A DNA stretch of 57,068 nt, filler included, from Streblomastix strix (Eukaryota), in NCBI GenBank assembly GCA_008636045.1. It is 3 parts of 3 records of this genome, joined end to end, with 100 filler letters (N's around TTAATTAATTAA, not from the genome) between each part and the next. Parts side by side here need not be neighbours in the genome. Positions count along the whole stretch, not along the records: positions 38,130 to 57,068 come from SNRW01000558.1; 2 more parts are not named here. One strand, given 5' to 3'. Made by a program: the position numbers and the translations under genes. Shown piece by piece: positions 51,701 through 57,068 of this stretch. Under the pieces are notes generated by a model. That model was not told where the DNA came from and made no database searches. It saw only the letters and a list, made by a program, of their open reading frames with translations. How positions within the stretch are numbered: position 1 is the first letter of the stretch; the number at the start of each line of letters is the position of its first letter.

Positions 51701-54700
51701 AAGAATTGGACATATTGACATTAATATATCAAATGATAATGACTATTAATAGAAAGTAATTGAAAATACTTAAGATAAAGAGTAAATTAAAGATGAAGAT
51801 GAAGCTGATGATAAAGAATCTATACGAAGAGCAATACAATAATTATTAATAACAGATAATTATGAAGATGAATATGACTAAGATGATAATGAAACCAAAA
51901 TTAAGAAAAAGGTGAATAGTTTGAATGAGGATAAGAATATAAATAAAGATTCCTTTATTCCACTGTTTATATAATTAGCAAATAATACATTTCATACATT
52001 TGGATTTATTCAGAGAAAGAATAATTAAAATTTTAGTACAATAATAAATGAAATAAAGAAATACTAATAATAATCATAAAAATATTAATCTTCTTTTTCT
52101 TCATCATTTGAAAAGCATCTTTTATTCTTCTTTTCTTGTATTGATTTCAAAGAATATAAATTAAATGAGAAAGAAAGAGAGATAATTAATTTATGGTTAT
52201 GTTAAGATGATCTCAATTCTCCTGCAGTTGGATTGGCATTGTTGATTTTAACTCAAACAATTAATAATTCAATTTCTTATTAGTCAACATCTTCATCTAT
52301 AGATATATCTAGTCTTTAATTCTCTTTATCCCTTCTTAAGTTATATGAAAATGCAATAAATTAATTCAATAATAAAGAAAAAGAAGAATAAATAGCTTTA
52401 TAAAATAAATTAAAAATAAACTCAATATAATAAATTATGTTAACTTCATAATCTCTTTCTTAAAATCTATAATCATCATCATCTGGATATTGGGAAGTTC
52501 CATACGACACAAATTAGATTGAAGGTGAAATTGGTGAAGAAATAAAATCAAAATAAACTAACTTGGCCAAGATACATTTAATCAATTCATAAATATTTAG
52601 TGAAATAACATTAGATAAGAATTAAATAGCACAGGATATTTTTACCAATCTGAAAGAAAAAGAGAAATTGAAAATATCTTCTTCCTCACCCTTCATTTCT
52701 TGTTTCAATTCGCCGAACAGAAATAATCCTAATGAATTACTATATTTTATTTATCATTCACTTTCTATCATGAATTGGAATGACTATTATAACGATGAGA
52801 TTAATACAATTGTCAAAGAATAAGATAAAAATGAAATTAAAGTTAATGAAACAGAGAAAGTAAAAGAAATAAGAAGAATTTTGTTATAAGATCTTGAAAT
52901 AATTATAAATAAAGAAATTTAATAAGAATAAAAAATGAAAAATCAAGATAATGAAAAAAATAATGAATCGCCCGTTCTTATTCTTTCTCAAATAATATAC
53001 TTTCTTATAACTAATAATACATACCATATATCATCATAATATGATGCTCAATATAACATCATATAAATAATTAAGAATTTAATATAATAGTCATAAGTTG
53101 AATGTGCAATCTGGCTTATTGAAGAATTATTTAAAAGGAAGAAATAGAAAGAAGAAACAAATGACCAGTTGAATGAAGAAGAATTGCATAATATCATAAA
53201 TTAAATAGAATAAGACAAATAGTATCAAAATTAGAAGAGAGATATATTTATTTGGATAAAGTAGGAATATGATAGATTAAATAAGTTTGAGGAATTGAGA
53301 TAATAAATTAAAGATGAGAATGAACCGTAATTGTTAATAAAAGAAAAATAACAAGATTATAGTGCAGAAAAAAATGAATAAATATCAATAAATGAAAAAG
53401 AGATATTTTCTCTTCTTAAACAAATATCCAACAATAAATAATCAGAATATTTTGGCATTGAATAATTTATACAGTTAAATGAAAATAAAAGTAATGATTA
53501 AGAAAATGTTGATGTAAATAATGAATTATATGAACAAATAAATAATATTTTGAATATTTATTCTATCTCAAGTTCAATATAATGGAATCCATCTCTTTAC
53601 AACCACATCTAAAATCTTAGATATAAATAATAATTGTAAAATAATACTTAAGTTTCATCTTATTATACTCCAACATCCGAAATTGTATCTTCTCTTTCTG
53701 AACATTAGAATCCAAATCTTCAACTTATATATCCATCATTTATAATGAATACTCTTCCTCTTCCTAAATTGGGCTAATTGCAACTAAATATTCCTCCAGC
53801 TCTTCCTACTTTATAATCAATATAATAGTTATTTGATTAGACATTGCCTAAATTGACTTAGTTTGCTCAACACACTATCAGATAATAGAAGTAGTTGAGA
53901 GAAGATTAGGATAAAGTATTTGTAAAATCTATAGTGAATAGATTTGATAAGAAAGATGAAGGAATTATTTTGACCATTCCTTGTTCAAATGAATGTAAAT
54001 AACCATTTTTCACCACTGTCTCAAATACAAGTTATGTTGAAAAGAAAGAATACTTACAGATACTCAACACAGCCATAAAGAGTGAATAGTTAATTGATGC
54101 ATTAGAAACAGACCCTTATTCTCCTCTTTTCAGGGATGGCGCAGATTAGATCAGATTTTTGCTCCATTCTGTTGCATCTGCATTAACACTAGCTAAGATT
54201 AAATCTAAATAAGGAGCATAATTAGCATCTTCTACAATATAGATGAATGAATATGGATATAGTGATGTTGATGATAGAGTTGGATAACAGTTAAGGTTGA
54301 GATAGAAATAACCATATGTACAATCATCTCCTTTGGCATAACATTCTTCAGTTGAAAAGCCATAATAAATAAAACATGAATACTATGAAGGAGAGCATAC
54401 TCCATTTGATACAGAATATGACTATGCTCCTGATAGTGATAGAATGTCAGTTAATAATAGATCAGATCAATTTTCTATATCTTTGTCAATATCCAACAGT
54501 CTTCTTTCTTTTCATAATTCAATTCATTTTAAAGAAGAAATAAATGAAAACGAATTAAGATAGCTGGGAATGCACATGCTTCAGAAGCTTATTACCTTAG
54601 CATATGATTCAGATATAGAATCTAATTCAATGGAGTATATAGCAGCTAAAATTGGGGAATGTGCACTTTCATTGGGACAAATATTTGTTTCCTTATCTCC

Positions 54701-57068
54701 AAAAGGTCTTGCTCAATTAATGAATGCAGTTGGTGAGAGATCAAAAGAAGCATTTATTTCATTGGGAGATCAAAGACATCCATTTAATTAGACAGCTTAG
54801 AAGATGATTACTAGTCTTCCATCTACAATAACTCCTTCTATATAACAAACTAATATATTAATGAATCCATCTGTTTAATCACCAGAGTCAGTATCAGTAT
54901 CAATGAAGTTGTTATAATCTCCTTCTGATTAATCACCTGCAGCTTTAAATTCATAGTACACTAATCAGCTACAAATACATCCATCACAAAGGCTTACTTT
55001 TGATGAGTTGATCAATTTATATATTAATTCAATGAAATCTGTGTTCCCATAATAACTATTAAGATTAATTGGTGTTATTCCTTAAGGATGTGAACCTTCA
55101 AAGAAAGGAATTGGAGTTCAATTTGGACAAGGATTGATTAATAAATTATTGATTGGTTAGGATAAAAAGAAGAGAATAAATGAATAAGGAATTAATCAGA
55201 TTGAGAACATTGGGAATAAAGGAGAAAAAATATAATTATAAATTCCAATATAATCTCATTCATCTTCATCTTCATCTTAAACTCAACCAGTTGGTGCATT
55301 TACAGCTCCCAATCAAATATGGGAAGAACCAATTAGAATACTTCTATTGATACAGGCAAGCAGTGAATATTCATTACTCAATCAATTATTAGATAGGATT
55401 AATTTTACTCAGGTTATTTATGAGTAATAATTAGCTTAATAAGGAAACTTATTACAAATAACAAGTAAAGAAGGCAGAGAAAAAGAATCTTAATAAAAAA
55501 ACACAAATTAAATATCTTCAGATCTTCTTTAGTCATTTGAGAAGTTTATATAAGCAATAATTGATAATATATGTCTACTGTATAGATTTGGATTTAATAT
55601 GTCTATAATACCTCTGGATGAGAATGGTGATTAAGTGAATAGTTAGAATCAATCTCCAATTGAAGAAAACAAAATTTAATAGCAAGATTAGCTTAATATT
55701 GAAAGTTTAGGAGCTTTAACAAAGAAATAAGAAACCAATCATCTGAGTCTGACAGTAAATAAATATGGATATATTGTGACCAATTAGCATTCATTATTAT
55801 ATTAACGTCATTTAGATCTTCTTTACTCAATTCTTAAATTAAGAGGCAAAGTAAATAAAGATATTATAAAGATAACTGTAGATTACATGTTCTTATTATT
55901 AATATCTTTGGAAAAGGGGTCTTCATTTTAAATTCATACTTAACCAGGTGGATTTGGAGGAGGATAATCATTGAAATAATCAACTCAACCATTATCACGT
56001 TCAACGAGTAGCATCAATCCAATCATTACCTCATCATCATCTTCATCTTATTCATCTAATTTATAACATGGATAATAATCTCGATTGACCCATTCAGCAT
56101 AACCTTCATTCTCTACTGTTAAATCTCTTCATGTTCTCAGATCAATTCCTGCTGATTTGATCAAGTTGATTATTTCTTTGTGTTCAGAGGTTGCTTAAAA
56201 TGACTATAGTTTTGCTAATAAAACATTAGAAATTCTTTCTGATTATTTATGTGCATTGAGATGGAATACAAATTAAGGATAAAAATAAAGAGATGCATCT
56301 TTATTCACTTTCCTTGAATATGGAGTTGTAAATGAGCTTGTATAGAGTATCCGAATACTTGCAACTACTCCCTATATGGTGACTAAAGAATTAATTGTCT
56401 ATTAGGATGAAATGATTCATTTTGAAGATTGGGATGAACCATATAGACAAAATAAAGAGAAGGAGAAGGAGAAAGAAAAAGATAATAAAAAAGATAGAAA
56501 GAAATTACGGAGAAAAGAATCATACAGTTAAATTAGGAAATAGAAACCATACTTTGGAGATGATGATTAGGTAGTCCAACGTATATTCCTTGTAACAGAC
56601 GCTCTTTCTGCAGCTCTGTTCCCATAAAGAGTAAAGAATGTGTTATACATTTAAGAGAAATAGGATTAATAGGGGAAATATGGACCATAACAGTAATAAT
56701 CTTCTTCTTACTAAACATCAAGTAATTAAAAAGCATCTAATTATAGAAGGCCCTTAGGAGAAGTGAAAATAGATTCAGATATATTAGATATATATGTTGC
56801 ATTTGAAAATACTATAAATGAAATGCTTAATATGCAAATTAGCATACCATAATCAGATAATGAGTAATCCATGTTGAAACAAGATGGATCCGATTTACTC
56901 AATAAAGAAGATCAATAAAATGTATTTGAGATATCACCTTAATAGAAGCAAATTATCCTCTCACATATCTGGCTCATATATTCTGAAGTTGTTATTGGAT
57001 GGTTCTGTCGACCATCTGCAGCTTCTAATGACCTTGTTGATGAGATATCTCTATTTGATGCTGTTTTC
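48778..57068 (+). CDS. EPG5: EPG5-like (ectopic P-granules autophagy protein 5) large helical protein, 3'-partial; intron 51301-51413
   Basis: >2700 codons appear open under TAR=Gln. Motifs in EPG5 order: EIWD...GKCGEGR, KLKDILSIFF, QLFLLYHILHTPNSSIWAVRFLQ, DYSSLFQQL, EWFLLSQIPIQSL...W, EREIINLWL...LALLIL. They are separated by Q/E/N-rich expansions. The ATG follows TTAG, so an upstream exon is possible. Confidence 0.65.

Overview
This is very AT-rich eukaryotic DNA in a non-standard genetic code. TAA and TAG read as Gln (ciliate-type table 6), TGA is the terminal stop, and genes carry short GT-AG introns, so the supplied ORF track is mostly fragments or antisense artefacts. The code and gene families suggest an oxymonad such as Streblomastix (inference). 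The window is three unrelated ~19 kb contigs joined by artificial N44-TTAATTAATTAA-N44 linkers. Contig 1 (1-18975) has a tyrosine-recombinase remnant with hairpin modules, an RRM/helical-repeat/RRM/MLLE gene, a coiled-coil SPRY-like gene and a large Gln/Ser-rich gene. Contig 2 (19076-38029) has decayed pogo-like and Tc1-like transposons, tRNA-Lys(TTT), a two-zinc-knuckle ORF, and a ~12 kb decaying endogenous Polinton/Maverick-like virus written in the host code. The virus encodes a fibre-like protein, an amphipathic small protein, putative major and minor capsids, KilA-N, a packaging ATPase and a protein-primed PolB with an HNH-like insertion. Contig 3 (38130-57068) has a decayed hAT-like ORF hit by a TGT..ACA MITE, an intact pogo-like element inserted into another ORF, nested hAT MITEs with perfect 8-bp TSDs, and a large EPG5-like gene. 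Several otherwise open frames contain in-frame TGA at Trp-plausible positions. All family calls come from manual translation and motif recognition, not database searches.
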